A stretch of DNA of 64,000 bases from an uncultured Gemmatimonadales bacterium (lineage in GTDB: Bacteria; Gemmatimonadota; Gemmatimonadetes; Gemmatimonadales; GWC2-71-9): positions 320,001 to 384,000 of the forward strand of contig CAWCVB010000002.1 of NCBI GenBank assembly GCA_963798915.1. The letters are read 5' to 3'. Positions 9,886 to 20,078 of the stretch are shown here, in pieces (positions within the stretch are counted from its first letter, which is position 1; each line of letters opens with the position of its first letter). Both the position numbers and the translations under genes were made by a program. The notes below the pieces were generated by a model, which saw nothing but the letters and a program-made list of their open reading frames with translations, did not search any database and had not been told where the DNA came from.

Positions 9886-10122
9886 AGTGGGGAATAGGGA
9901 ATGGGGAATAGGGGTTAGGGAATGGGGGTCAGGGCGGAACACTGACGCTCGTCACTCGACCCTAACCCATGGATTCCAGCTTGCGCTGGAATGACGAATG
10001 GTCAAGACTCGTGACCCGTGACCCGTGACCCGTGACCCGTGACCCGTGACCCGTGACCCGCGACCCGCGACCCGTGACCCGTGACCCGTGACTCATGACT
10101 CATGACTCATGACTCACGACCC
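9886..10122. repeat. (GGGAATR)n heptamers, family A REP (9969-9996), then a long (GTGACCC)n/(ATGACTC)n heptamer array
   Basis: About 16 heptamer units at 10006-10122 and a degenerate G-rich run at 9886-9933. Confidence 0.9.
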
Positions 10123-10949
10123 GATTCAAAGGCATCATTCAGCGCCGCACCCGAAATCACGCCCGCCAGATGCGTGAAGCGGCCGTGCGTGGCGATTTCG
10201 GTGGCGGCATCCATGAAGGCCGCCCAGGCGGTGCGGGCCAGCGCGCCACCCACGCTGATCCGGCGCACACCCAGCTCAGCCAGTTGGCTGACGCTCGCAA
10301 AGTCGGTGCTCACCAGCACGTTTACCGGTTTGGGAGCCACTGCCCGGACCACCTCGGTAATCTGCTCCAGCCCCCTGATGCCCGGTGCGTACAGGCAATC
10401 GGCACCGGCCTCGGCGAAGGCGGTGAGCCGGCGAATGGTCTCGTCCAGGTCGGGCCGGCCGACGATGAAGCCCTCGGTACGCGCAGTCAGCAGCACGCCG
10501 GTATCGCTCTCGTCCAGCGCGCGCCGAGCGGCGCGGACCCGTGCCACGGCCAGCTCGAAGTCGAACAGGGGATTGGCGATGTCGCCAGTGGAATCCTCGA
10601 TCGACAGCCCGGCAATGCCGGTGTCCGAGGCCAGCAGCACATGCTTGGCGACATCCATCGGCTCCACTGCAAAGCCGCCTTCAAAATCCGCGTTGACCGG
10701 CACCGACACCGCCGATGCGATGGCCCTGAGATGTGCCAGGACTTCGTCGAGCGACATGCGATTGTCGGCCCGCCCGGCAGACCACGCGAACCCCGAACTG
10801 GTGGTCGCCAGCGCGGCAAACCCCAACCGCTCGAGCATCCGGGCGCTGCCCACATCCCACGGATTGGGCATGACGAAGCAGCCGGCCTGGTGCAGGGCGC
10901 GGAAGACCGCCAGCTTGTTCGATGTGATTTGGAGTCGCTCTTCCTGCAT
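10107..10949 (-). CDS. Isocitrate lyase / PEP mutase family protein
   Basis: MPNPWDVGSA, ATTSSG, PVNADFEGG, SIEDS, AGADCLYAPG, RRISVG. Confidence 0.9.
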   Translation of the reverse strand: MQEERLQITSNKLAVFRALHQAGCFVMPNPWDVGSARMLERLGFAALATTSSGFAWSAGRADNRMSLDEVLAHLRAIASAVSVPVNADFEGGFAVEPMDVAKHVLLASDTGIAGLSIEDSTGDIANPLFDFELAVARVRAARRALDESDTGVLLTARTEGFIVGRPDLDETIRRLTAFAEAGADCLYAPGIRGLEQITEVVRAVAPKPVNVLVSTDFASVSQLAELGVRRISVGGALARTAWAAFMDAATEIATHGRFTHLAGVISGAALNDAFESGRES

Positions 10950-11125
10950 GCCTGCCTCGGGTTCTGGGGACGGCTCGGCGGCTTGGCGAGCTTCGGCCTG
11001 CCCATTCCGCCGCCCCGCACATTCTGCCGCTGATCCTCTGGCGTCAAGGCGCCGCGTCCAGCGGTGGCCGATGCCGGGTCCGGATCCGGCGAGCGGATGG
11101 GCGGCCGCCCGACCAGATTATCCGG

Positions 11126-12649
11126 GTGACCAGCATGCCGACTGACATTCCGTTCCCGCTATCGGGGCTCACGCCCGACGCCTGCGTGCGCGCGCTGGCC
11201 GCTCGGGATCCCCGCTTTGACGGGCTCTTCTTCGTGGGCATCACGTCCACCCGGATCTACTGCCGGCCCGTGTGTCCGGCGCGAGTTTCGCACACCGATC
11301 GCCGGCGGTTCTTCCAGTCGCCGGCCGCGGCGGAACAGGCCGGTTACCGCCCATGCCTCCGGTGCCGGCCCGAACTGGCGCCCGGCCGAGCCCCGGTGGA
11401 TGCGGTGTCCCGGCTGGGCGCGGCGGCAGCCCGCCGCATCGAATCAGGCGCACTCAACGGGCACAGCGTCACTGAACTCGCCAAAACGCTCGGCGTCAGC
11501 GCCCGGCATCTGCGGCGCGCGCTCGATCGCGAGTACGGCGTGTCTCCCAGCGAACTGGCACAGACCTACCGCCTGCTGCTGGCCAAGCGGCTGCTGGCCG
11601 ACACCGCGCTCCCGGTCACAAGAATCGCCTTTGCCAGCGGGTTCCAGAGTCTTCGCCGGTTCAATGCCGCGTTCCGGGAACAATACCGGATGTCGCCCAG
11701 TTCGCTTCGTCGCGCACCCCATCCGAACGGTCGGCAGGAAGGCAGCGACGCTCAACTGCTCGATGATGCGCTGCACCTGACGCTGGCCTATCGGTCGCCC
11801 TTCGACTGGCGCGGCCTGCTGGCGGTGCTGGCGCGCGATGCGATTCCTGGCGTCGAATCGGTGTCAGGCGATTCATACAGCCGGACCGTTCGGCTGGATG
11901 GACACACCGGTTTCCTGACGGCGCGCGACGGCGATGGCCATCTCATCGTCCACATCTCCGCCTCGCTGGTTCCGGTGCTGATGCCGCTCCTGCCCGGGCT
12001 CCGGCGTCTGTTCGATCTTGACGCCGAACCGCTGGTCATCGACGACCACCTGGCGCGCACCGATCTCGCGCCGCTGGTGCAGCAGCGGCCAGGCGTGCGG
12101 CTGCCCGGAACCATCGATCCATTCGAGGTGGCGTTGGGCGTGATCTCGAGAGAGGGCAGTGCCCCGGGGAAGCGCTTGGCCCTGCTGCAGAGAATGATGG
12201 AGACGCTGGGTGATTCTTTTTCGGCGGGAGCACCCGACTTGCAATGGCTGGCGCCGAGCGCGGCGGTGGTGGCCCGAACGTCGTTGGCGGGACTCACGAG
12301 TGCCGGGCTTGACGATGCGGCCGGCAGGACCCTGCTGCGCGTGGCTCAACGAATGGCGGAGGGGTCCCTGTTGCTGGATGCCGGCGCTGATCCGGTTGCG
12401 GCACAGGCCGGGCTCACTGATGCGGGTGCGAGCGATGAGACGGCGACCCGGATCGTCATGCGGGCCCTCTACTGGCCTGACGCCTTTCCCGCCAGCAACC
12501 CCGCGCTGCTTGCGCGCACCGAGCCCTGGCGTCCGTGGCGGGCGTATGGTGCGACCCACCTGTGGCTGGCCCGAGGCGAGCGGCGCCGGCTGCGCCGCTC
12601 AGCCGATGGGCCGGCATTACGCCGCCAGCCGCAGCGCGGACTCGCCTGA
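11126..12649 (+). CDS. Ada Zn-finger / AraC HTH / AlkA-like fusion protein
   Basis: ARDPRFDG, IYCRPVC, GYRPCLRCRP, AraC IAFASGFQSLRRFN, AlkA_N LAYRSPFDW. The glycosylase motifs are degenerate. Confidence 0.88.
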   Translation: MTSMPTDIPFPLSGLTPDACVRALAARDPRFDGLFFVGITSTRIYCRPVCPARVSHTDRRRFFQSPAAAEQAGYRPCLRCRPELAPGRAPVDAVSRLGAAAARRIESGALNGHSVTELAKTLGVSARHLRRALDREYGVSPSELAQTYRLLLAKRLLADTALPVTRIAFASGFQSLRRFNAAFREQYRMSPSSLRRAPHPNGRQEGSDAQLLDDALHLTLAYRSPFDWRGLLAVLARDAIPGVESVSGDSYSRTVRLDGHTGFLTARDGDGHLIVHISASLVPVLMPLLPGLRRLFDLDAEPLVIDDHLARTDLAPLVQQRPGVRLPGTIDPFEVALGVISREGSAPGKRLALLQRMMETLGDSFSAGAPDLQWLAPSAAVVARTSLAGLTSAGLDDAAGRTLLRVAQRMAEGSLLLDAGADPVAAQAGLTDAGASDETATRIVMRALYWPDAFPASNPALLARTEPWRPWRAYGATHLWLARGERRRLRRSADGPALRRQPQRGLA

Positions 12650-13048
12650 CCAGCTGCGAGCCGGAAGCCGCCGCCACCGGGCGACGGCCACAGCTGCGGA
12701 AGCGATGCCGACGACGCCGGGCGTCAGCGCCTGAATTCCACCACCGATGGCCAGCGTGACACCGACGGCTCCACTCATGATGATCACCAGCCCGGCGGCG
12801 GCAAGCGGCGTCAGCTCCTGGCGGATGCGCAGCAGCCCCGGAAGGATGAGCCCAAGGGCGCCGAGTACCTCGACCACACCGATGAAGCGGAGGAAGCCGC
12901 CCGGCATCGGGATCTGCTGGGTGATGGCGGCGATCGGCATCACGAGCTTCATCCCGCCGGCAAAGAGAAAGAGGGCGGCCAGCAGGCCCTGAATGGTCCA
13001 CAGTGCGACAGCGGACTTGCGGCCGGTCGGCCGAGCGGGATTTGACAT
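12617..13048 (-). CDS. DoxX family membrane protein
   Basis: ALWTIQGLLAALFLFAGGMKL, FIGVVEVLGALGLILP, LTPLAAAGL. GGAG upstream of the ATG at 13048. Confidence 0.88.
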   Translation of the reverse strand: MSNPARPTGRKSAVALWTIQGLLAALFLFAGGMKLVMPIAAITQQIPMPGGFLRFIGVVEVLGALGLILPGLLRIRQELTPLAAAGLVIIMSGAVGVTLAIGGGIQALTPGVVGIASAAVAVARWRRLPARSWSGESALRLAA

Positions 13049-13119
13049 GGCGACGTCTCCTTCGGAGGACAGGTTGGGAGCCGCATGTCGGGCGACGGCC
13101 GCCCGGCGCATTGCCGGCT

Positions 13120-13668
13120 CTACCTGTACGTCGAAGGAGCCGGAGCGGAATCGACATGGCGCCGGAACACGATGTCGAACACCGTGCTCCAGGTCTTCCC
13201 GTCGTCAGCCGACCGCTCGGCTTTCTCCCTGACCGCGGCACCATCCTTCCACCAGACCGCCCGAATCAAAGTGGTGGAACCGTCGGGCCGGTGTTCCGGT
13301 GCAGTCAGCACCATTCGGCCATCCTTCAGGCCGCCTTCCAGTAGCAGCAGTGAGCCCCGGTTGGTGACCCAGCTCTGGTGCCACACGTTCCGGCTCGCGT
13401 CAAAAGTGCTGAAGCTCTCTCCCCGCAGGCCGTCGCGCTGCTCATAGACTTCGCGCAGGGCACAGCCGTCCACCATCGGGGTGACATGGTTCCGTGCCAC
13501 CACCGAGTCGGGCTCGGCTACGTCGTAGGTATCCCAGTCTCCAGCGAAGAAGTCGAACTGGTGGTATTCCGGCGCCCGGCATGCGGGCGCGGACTCGCGC
13601 TGCGACTGGCCGTGGGCCGTCATGCATGACGCAAGCAGTGTCACAACGACCACTCGGGGAAAGCGCAC
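13120..13668 (-). CDS. Exported hypothetical protein (DUF1579-like beta-barrel)
   Basis: Signal peptide, C..PEYHQFDFFAGDWD, WHQSWV, SADDGKTW. Confidence 0.7.
   Translation of the reverse strand: MRFPRVVVVTLLASCMTAHGQSQRESAPACRAPEYHQFDFFAGDWDTYDVAEPDSVVARNHVTPMVDGCALREVYEQRDGLRGESFSTFDASRNVWHQSWVTNRGSLLLLEGGLKDGRMVLTAPEHRPDGSTTLIRAVWWKDGAAVREKAERSADDGKTWSTVFDIVFRRHVDSAPAPSTYR
13127..13156 (-). promoter_or_regulatory. Candidate ECF-sigma promoter upstream of doxX (TGTCGATT...TTCGACGTA)
   Basis: 26/30 identical to the motif upstream of yciI at 20563-20592, in the same orientation relative to the gene. Confidence 0.65.
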
Positions 13669-13904
13669 GATCAGGATCTCCGCTCAGGTAGACGCCGAGG
13701 ATGCCAGGCATGAACCATGAAAATTATACGGCATCAGTGGACATCCGCTGGCCGCATGCGGACCTCGAATCATCGACGTGCATGCTCCTGATTTGACGTC
13801 CGGATGCGGCGTGCTGCGGGGGGACGCGAGTGCTAGGGTGTGCCAGGCGACGGAGCGTATGCGTGACGATCCGCGCGCTCCCCTTTCACTTTCTGGAGGA
13901 AGCA

Positions 13905-15107
13905 ATGCGCACCCTCGTATTCGCAGCCCTGATTGCCGGCGTGAGCGCCTGCGGTCGCGGCACCGATCTGACCCGCCCACTGGACGCCAGTGCCAAGCTC
14001 AGCACACTGCAGTATCAGGTCGTGAAGTACCCGGCATCACTTGGCGGCACCCAGAGCCGGGGCATGGCCATCAGCAATCAGGGACTGGTGGCCGGCTGGT
14101 CCAATCTCTTTGGCGGCGGCGCCCGTCACGCGGTCATATGGCGTGACGGCGTGCTCACTGATCTCGGCACGCTCGGCACCGGCAGCGGCCTGAGCAGCAC
14201 CGTACCCTGGCCCGGGCTCAACAACAATGGGATGGTGGTCGGCATCTCGCAGACGGATGACATCGATCCGCTGGACGAGAGCTGGAGCTGCGAGGAAGGC
14301 GGCTTCTTTCCCAACGGCGGCACCAACCTGGTGTGCCGAGGATTCGTGTGGCAGGATGGCGTGATGCAGGCCTTGCCCACCTTCGGCGGCACCCACGGGT
14401 TTGCCACCGCGGTCAACAACCAGGGTAAGGTGGTGGGCTGGGCGGAGAACACGGTACACGATCCGACCTGCCTGGCGCCGCAGGTGCTGCAGTTCCGGGC
14501 GGCGATGTGGACGCCCAGGTCAGGCGCCATCACCGAGCTGCCGCCCTATCCGGGCGACTCGACCTCGGCCGCCACCGCCATCAACCAGCAGGGTCAGGCG
14601 GTGGGCATCTCCGGTGATTGCGACATCGCCGTGGGCCGGTTCAGTGCAAAGCACGCGGTATTGTGGGATCACGGCCAGGTGCAGGAGGTTCCCAACCTGG
14701 GCGGCACCACCTGGCACACGCCGATGGACATCAACGACTCGGGCGTAGTGGTCGGGTTTTCCAATCCGGTGGGCGCAGGCGATCCCGAGGGCGAGTTCAT
14801 TGCCCATGCCTTCCGCTGGACCGGCGGCGACACGGCAGAGGATCTCGGCACGCTCGAAGGCGACGGCTACAGCGAGGCATTCGCGGTCAACGCCCGCGGC
14901 CAGGTCGTGGGTGTGTCGTTCGGCGGCGCCGCCGGCGCCCGTGCATTTCTGTTCGAGGACGGCGTCATGCACAACCTGAATGACCTGGTGGACTCGGATG
15001 ACGTCCTGCTCTCGGCGCAGGATATCAATGACGCCGGCCAGATCACCGGACGCCTGCTCGATCATGTGAGCGGTGAAACGGTGATGTTTGTGGCGACGCC
15101 GAAATAG
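13905..15107 (+). CDS. HAF-repeat extracellular lipoprotein
   Basis: GGAGG RBS, lipobox GVSAC, and repeated AINxxGQVVG / HAF / DLGTL units. Confidence 0.85.
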   Translation: MRTLVFAALIAGVSACGRGTDLTRPLDASAKLSTLQYQVVKYPASLGGTQSRGMAISNQGLVAGWSNLFGGGARHAVIWRDGVLTDLGTLGTGSGLSSTVPWPGLNNNGMVVGISQTDDIDPLDESWSCEEGGFFPNGGTNLVCRGFVWQDGVMQALPTFGGTHGFATAVNNQGKVVGWAENTVHDPTCLAPQVLQFRAAMWTPRSGAITELPPYPGDSTSAATAINQQGQAVGISGDCDIAVGRFSAKHAVLWDHGQVQEVPNLGGTTWHTPMDINDSGVVVGFSNPVGAGDPEGEFIAHAFRWTGGDTAEDLGTLEGDGYSEAFAVNARGQVVGVSFGGAAGARAFLFEDGVMHNLNDLVDSDDVLLSAQDINDAGQITGRLLDHVSGETVMFVATPK

Positions 15108-15317
15108 GATGGGCGGGATGGGCGGGATGGGCAAGATGGGCAGGTTGGCGTAGGCCGTCATTCCCGCGAACGCGGGAATCCATAGGGGCTCACGCGTGGT
15201 GGATCAGCATGCCCGTGGTCCTCATGGACCCCCGCTTTCGCGGGGGTGACGATTGTGCGAGCTTCGGCCCGCCCATCCCGCCCATCCCGCCCATCCCGCC
15301 CATCCCGCCCATCCCGC
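15107..15317. repeat. Symmetric composite: (GGATGGGCG)n, REP A, inverted REP A, (CCCGCCCAT)5
   Basis: Nonamers at 15107-15144 and their reverse complement at 15268-15317 bracket REPs 15156-15183 and 15224-15251, between convergent genes. Confidence 0.9.
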
Positions 15318-15319
15318 TG

Positions 15320-16813
15320 TCACACCCTGACTTGAATCCCCTTCCACTTCCCCTGGTTGAATCGCAGCACGCTCAGCAGGCAGCGGGTCATGTGGCCGGC
15401 CAGGATCGCGAGCCAGATGTGGAGCGGCCGGAGCGTGCCGGTCTGCTGGATCACGAAGCAGATGCTGAGCGGGACCACGACCTGCGAAATGATCGAGATC
15501 CAGAGCGGGCTCTTGGTGTCGCCGGTGCCCTGCAGGCCGCCGGTGTAGGTAAGCGCCACCGAGATGAAGAAGCCTGAGAGACTCAGCACCCGGAGCAGTT
15601 GCACGCCGATCTCGACCACGGCGGGTTCATCCATGCCGAAGACCGCCAGCAGCTGCCGAGGAAAGAAGAAGAAGAAGAAGCCGACGAAGGCCGCCAGCGT
15701 CATGCCCAGCCGAGCGGCAACATGCACGCCTTCGCTGGCCCGCTCCGGCTGGCGCGCGCCAAGGTTCTGGCCGGCGACGGCAGCGGCGGCGCCCATGAGC
15801 CCGACCGACGTCCAGGTGATGAAGGAGAACAACTGCGAATAGGACACGGAGAACGCCGCCTGCGCCGCGGCGCTCTGGGCCAGCGAGCCGATAAATGACA
15901 GCATGAGCACGCCACCCACGTTCATGGCAATGCCCTGAACGCCGGTCGGCAGGCCGAAGCGGAACAGTTCGCGGATGATGGCCCAGTCAGGCCGGTATCC
16001 ATGTCCCCGCGGGAAGGCGACGACCCAGTCGCCCCGCCAGAGCTTTACCATGGCGTAGATGGAGATGAGGCCGGTAGCGGCGACCGTGCCCATGGCGGCA
16101 CCCGCCGTGCGAAAGGCCGGGATCGGTCCCAGTCCCCGGATCAGGACCACGTTGAAGAGGATGTTGAGCGCCGTCATCACGATGCCGAGCACCATCGGAG
16201 TCCGGGCGTCGCCGGCCGAGCGCAGTGCACCGCCCAGCATGAAGAAGACCAGCATCCCGAAGCTGAACACGAACATGATGCGGAGGTACGGCAGCGCTTC
16301 GACCTGCACGTTGGGTGCGGCATTGACGAAGTTGAGCAGCGAGGGCGCGAGGAAGTAGCCGACCGGCGCCATGATGAGCAGCGCCATGGCCGCGGCGGTC
16401 AGGAACGCCTGGTAGACGGTGCGGTTCACCTTGTCCTCATTGCCCTCGCCGGCAAAGCGCGCCACCAGCACGCTCATGCCGGTGAAGATCGAGGCAATGA
16501 AGATGATGACGACGATCATGAGCTGGGATGAGACGCCGATGGCGGCGTTGCCCTCGAAGCCCACGATGTGCCCCACCATGATCTGGTCCACCAGGCCCTG
16601 AAGTCCGCCCACGATGTTGACCAGCATGGTGGGCCAGGCAAGCCGCCAGACGGCCGATGACAGGGGACCGTCAATAATGGACCGGTCAAAGCGTCGCCCG
16701 GTCCGGACCGGCATTGGCTGCGGCGCGCCGACGGCCTGGGCGGGCGCGGCGCTTTCGGCCGCGGGATCCGCAGCGGCTTCGTCCGCAGCTTCGGAGGCGG
16801 GTTCCTGGCTCAT
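15320..16813 (-). CDS. MATE family efflux transporter
   Basis: LAWPTML, LRSAGDARTPM, LQGTGDTKSP, about 12 hydrophobic segments. Confidence 0.92.
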   Translation of the reverse strand: MSQEPASEAADEAAADPAAESAAPAQAVGAPQPMPVRTGRRFDRSIIDGPLSSAVWRLAWPTMLVNIVGGLQGLVDQIMVGHIVGFEGNAAIGVSSQLMIVVIIFIASIFTGMSVLVARFAGEGNEDKVNRTVYQAFLTAAAMALLIMAPVGYFLAPSLLNFVNAAPNVQVEALPYLRIMFVFSFGMLVFFMLGGALRSAGDARTPMVLGIVMTALNILFNVVLIRGLGPIPAFRTAGAAMGTVAATGLISIYAMVKLWRGDWVVAFPRGHGYRPDWAIIRELFRFGLPTGVQGIAMNVGGVLMLSFIGSLAQSAAAQAAFSVSYSQLFSFITWTSVGLMGAAAAVAGQNLGARQPERASEGVHVAARLGMTLAAFVGFFFFFFPRQLLAVFGMDEPAVVEIGVQLLRVLSLSGFFISVALTYTGGLQGTGDTKSPLWISIISQVVVPLSICFVIQQTGTLRPLHIWLAILAGHMTRCLLSVLRFNQGKWKGIQVRV

Positions 16814-18378
16814 GCGGCAACTGCCGGGCTCATGTCGCGTTCCACCAGGTAGTCCCCGGGTTCAGTTGCGTCGTGCCCCCGCGGGGTGCCGGCGAACTGC
16901 ATGAGTGCGGTGCCGGCGCTCGCCACGGCAAGATTGACGATCACGGCGTAGAGTGCTGCGTAGCCCGGCACGATGATGCCACCCAGATGAAGAGGGAAGA
17001 CTGAACTCTGAAAATGCTGCGCGGCCGCCATGGCGGTGCCGACCGCCATCCCCGCGATCCAGCCCGCCACCAGCGCCCGACCGTGGAACCAGCGGGTGAA
17101 CAGTCCCACCACAATGGCTGGCAGCGTCTGGATGATCCAGATGCCGCCCAGCAGCTGCAGCTGGATGGCGTATTCGGTGGGCAGGAAGAGGATGAACGCA
17201 AGCGCACCCACTTTTACCACCAGTGAGACCAGCTTGGCTGTCTGCGCCTCGCCCGGCCCGCTCAGCGAACGGCGAAACCAGCCGCGCCAGATGTTGCGGG
17301 TGAAGAGGTTGGCGGCGGCGATGGACATGATGGCCGCCGGCACCAGCGCGCCGATTGCGATGGCCGCGAACGCCACACCCACGAACCAGCTGGGAAACTG
17401 ATCGAGAAAGAGCGCTGGTACGGCAAAGTTGGCTCCGTACCGATCGAACCACCCGGCATAGGCGGGGTTGGCCTGCACCTGCGCCGCGACCGCCATGTAT
17501 CCCAGCAGCGCAATCAGCGCCAGCACCACGGAATAGGCGGGCAGCAGCGCCATGTTGTGCCGCACGACGCTCCGGCTCCTGGCGCTGAGCAGTCCCGTGA
17601 CAGCGTGCGGATACAGGAAGAGCGCCACCGCCGAGCCGAGGGCAAGGGTGATGTAGGCGCTGGCATTGCCGGGGCCGCTCGCGGACGGCATCGTGAGCAG
17701 CAGTTTCTCGCGCGGCACTGCGCCGAAGATGGCGCCAAAGCCACCCAGGCGCGCGGGGATGATCACCACGGCGGCAATCACCGTGACATAGATGAGCAGG
17801 TCCTTGACCAGGGCGATCAGTGCCGGCGCACGAAGCCCGGAGCTGTAGGTGTAGGCCGCCAGCACGCCGAAGGCGATGATCAGCGGCAGGTCGCGCATCA
17901 GGCCGGTGCCGTGGAAGCCCAGCCCCGCGATCACCACTTCGATGCCCACCAGTTGCAGCGCGATGTACGGCATGGTGGCAATGATGCCGGTGATGGCCAC
18001 CGCCAGTGCCAGCGTCGGGCTGCCGAATCGGGCGGCCACGAAGTCGGCCACCGTGATGTAGCCGCGCCGGTGCGACACCGACCAGAGCCGGGGAAAGACC
18101 AGAAAGACGAAGGGATAGACCAGCAGGGTGTAGGGCACTGCAAAGAAGCCGATGGCGCCGGCGCCGTAGACCAGCGCCGGCACCGCCACCAGCGTGTAAG
18201 CCGTATAAAGATCGCCGCCCAGCAGGAACCAGGTCACCACCGTGCCAAAGCGACGGCCGGCCAGGCCCCATTCGTCGAGCCGGGCGAGGTCGCCCCGCCG
18301 CCACCGGGACGCGACGAAGCCGAGCACGGTGACGAGCCCGAAGAGCAGGAGGAAGACCGTCGTGGCGGGCCAGTTCAT
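16810..18378 (-). CDS. Sodium:solute symporter (MctP-like monocarboxylate permease)
   Basis: LDEWGLAGRRFG, WFLLGGDLYTAYT, IGALVPAAIMSIAAANLFTRN. Confidence 0.9.
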   Translation of the reverse strand: MNWPATTVFLLLFGLVTVLGFVASRWRRGDLARLDEWGLAGRRFGTVVTWFLLGGDLYTAYTLVAVPALVYGAGAIGFFAVPYTLLVYPFVFLVFPRLWSVSHRRGYITVADFVAARFGSPTLALAVAITGIIATMPYIALQLVGIEVVIAGLGFHGTGLMRDLPLIIAFGVLAAYTYSSGLRAPALIALVKDLLIYVTVIAAVVIIPARLGGFGAIFGAVPREKLLLTMPSASGPGNASAYITLALGSAVALFLYPHAVTGLLSARSRSVVRHNMALLPAYSVVLALIALLGYMAVAAQVQANPAYAGWFDRYGANFAVPALFLDQFPSWFVGVAFAAIAIGALVPAAIMSIAAANLFTRNIWRGWFRRSLSGPGEAQTAKLVSLVVKVGALAFILFLPTEYAIQLQLLGGIWIIQTLPAIVVGLFTRWFHGRALVAGWIAGMAVGTAMAAAQHFQSSVFPLHLGGIIVPGYAALYAVIVNLAVASAGTALMQFAGTPRGHDATEPGDYLVERDMSPAVAA

Positions 18379-18384
18379 GGGGTC

Positions 18385-18490
18385 ACGAAAGCACGAAAAT
18401 ACGAAAGCACGAAAGAGTCGTGGGTCGTGGGTCATGGGTCATGAGTGACGCATTCACGGCACAGGGCTCATGACTCACGACCCACGACTC
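18385..18490. repeat. (CACGAAAG)n octamers, (GTGGGTC/ATGGGTC)n heptamers, and inverted (GACTCAC/GACCCAC)n
   Basis: Read directly between the symporter and the DUF3311-like gene. Confidence 0.75.
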
Positions 18491-18491
18491 C

Positions 18492-18693
18492 CTAGACATC
18501 CAGCCGATACGCAATTGCCACGGCCACCGCGCTCGCACCGATCCAGGCAATCTGGAACCAGTAGAAAAAGGGAATGCCGGCGATGGCCGGGTCCAGCGCG
18601 GTTGTAGAGCGGCACCCAGAGCGACACCAGCACCACGGCGGCAAACAGGAGATAGACCAGGCGCCGCCGAGCCCGCATGCGGCCCGGCTTCAT
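18492..18693 (-). pseudogene. DUF3311 small membrane partner of the symporter, with a +1 frameshift near 18597
   Basis: LWVPLYNR, then the shifted frame LDPAIAGIPFFYWFQIAW...YRLDV* (TAG at 18492). Confidence 0.8.
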
Positions 18694-19964
18694 TGCTCGG
18701 CGCCCGCGAGCCGCTCGCAGGTGGCGACCCGGTCGAGCAACAGGGCGCGGTCGCGCGCGTTGCCGGCGAGTTCCGCTGCCCGCCGAAGCTCGGCCGCTGC
18801 TTCGTCATACCGTTCCAGCTTCATCAGCAGGTCTCCACGAACGCTGGGGAGCAGATGATACCCCTTGAGTGCTTTTTCATCCACCAGGGCCTCCGTAAGG
18901 GCCAGGCCGGCCTCGGGTCCCGATGCCATGCCCACCGCCACGGCGCGGTTCAGTGCCACCACCGGGGATCCGGTGAGCCGGGCGAGCCGGCCGTAGAGCG
19001 AGGCAATTGCACGCCAGTCGGTATCGTCCGCGGTCCGGGCTCGTGCGTGGGACGCGGCGATGGCGGCCTGCAGCACATAGGGACCTGGCTCGTCGGTCAG
19101 CGACTCGGCGCGTGCCAGGCCCGACAGCCCTCGGCGGATCAGCAACTGGTCCCAGCGGCTCCGATTCTGGTCCAGCAGGAGGATCGGTTCCCCGTCCGGG
19201 CCGACCCGCGCCTTGAAGCGCGATGCCTGGATTTCCATTAAAGCCACTAATCCATGCACTTCCGGCTCATCGGGCGCGAGTTCGGCGAGAATGCGCCCCA
19301 GTCGCAGCGCTTCATCCGAGAGTTGCGGGCGGATCCAGTCATCGCCGGCGCTCGCCGCATACCCTTCATTGAAGATGAGATACAGCACCTCCAGCACCGA
19401 GGAGAGGCGAGGAGCGAGCTCGGCGCCGCGCGGCACCTCGAAGGGTACCTGTGCGTCGGCCAGAGTGCGCTTGGCCCGGACGATTCGCTGCGCCATCGTG
19501 GGCACCGGCACCAGGAATGCGCGGGCGATTTCTTCGGTGGTGAGGCCGCCGAGCAGACGCAGGGTGAGCGCCACCCGTGCCTCGGTGGCGAGCACCGGAT
19601 GACAGGCGGTGAAGACCAGCCGCAGCAGGTCGTCGCCGATATCGTCGTCGATTGCGGTATCGTAATCCGGCACGGTGCGCTGGATGGCATCTGCATCGTA
19701 GGCCAGCTCCTCGTGCTTCCGGTCCAGGAGCTTATTGCGACGGAAGCCGTCAATGGCGCGGTGCTTGGCGGTGGCCATGAGCCAGGCTCCGGGATTGTCC
19801 GGGATCCCCGATTCGGGCCAGCGTTCCAGCGCAGCCACGAGGGCATCCTGGGCCAGGTCTTCGGCCTGACCGATATCGCCGACCAGGCGGGTCAGGCTGG
19901 CAATCAGCTTGGCGGACTCGATGCGCCAGACTGCATCGATGGCGCGATGGGTGTCGGTGGCCAT
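18690..19964 (-). CDS. ECF sigma-70 factor with C-terminal extension (YciI-associated type)
   Basis: AEDLAQDA, PGAWL, DDLLRLVFTACHP, VLYLIFNEGY, GPYVLQAAIAA, VVALNRAVA. Confidence 0.92.
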   Translation of the reverse strand: MATDTHRAIDAVWRIESAKLIASLTRLVGDIGQAEDLAQDALVAALERWPESGIPDNPGAWLMATAKHRAIDGFRRNKLLDRKHEELAYDADAIQRTVPDYDTAIDDDIGDDLLRLVFTACHPVLATEARVALTLRLLGGLTTEEIARAFLVPVPTMAQRIVRAKRTLADAQVPFEVPRGAELAPRLSSVLEVLYLIFNEGYAASAGDDWIRPQLSDEALRLGRILAELAPDEPEVHGLVALMEIQASRFKARVGPDGEPILLLDQNRSRWDQLLIRRGLSGLARAESLTDEPGPYVLQAAIAASHARARTADDTDWRAIASLYGRLARLTGSPVVALNRAVAVGMASGPEAGLALTEALVDEKALKGYHLLPSVRGDLLMKLERYDEAAAELRRAAELAGNARDRALLLDRVATCERLAGAEQ

Positions 19965-20041
19965 GAGGGTCAACGGTCGTCAGACGCCGGCCGACAGTCA
20001 ACGGCTCGTCAGGACGGCCAGGGCCTAACGGCGCGACCCTC

Positions 20042-20067
20042 GTACGGGCGGCCCGCGGGCCGCCCTT
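20042..20067 (+). repeat. REP family C-like hairpin (GTAC-GGGCGGCCC-GC-GGGCCGCCC)
   Basis: 9-bp stem between yciI and the sigma gene. Confidence 0.6.
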
Positions 20068-20078
20068 GACCCGACCCC

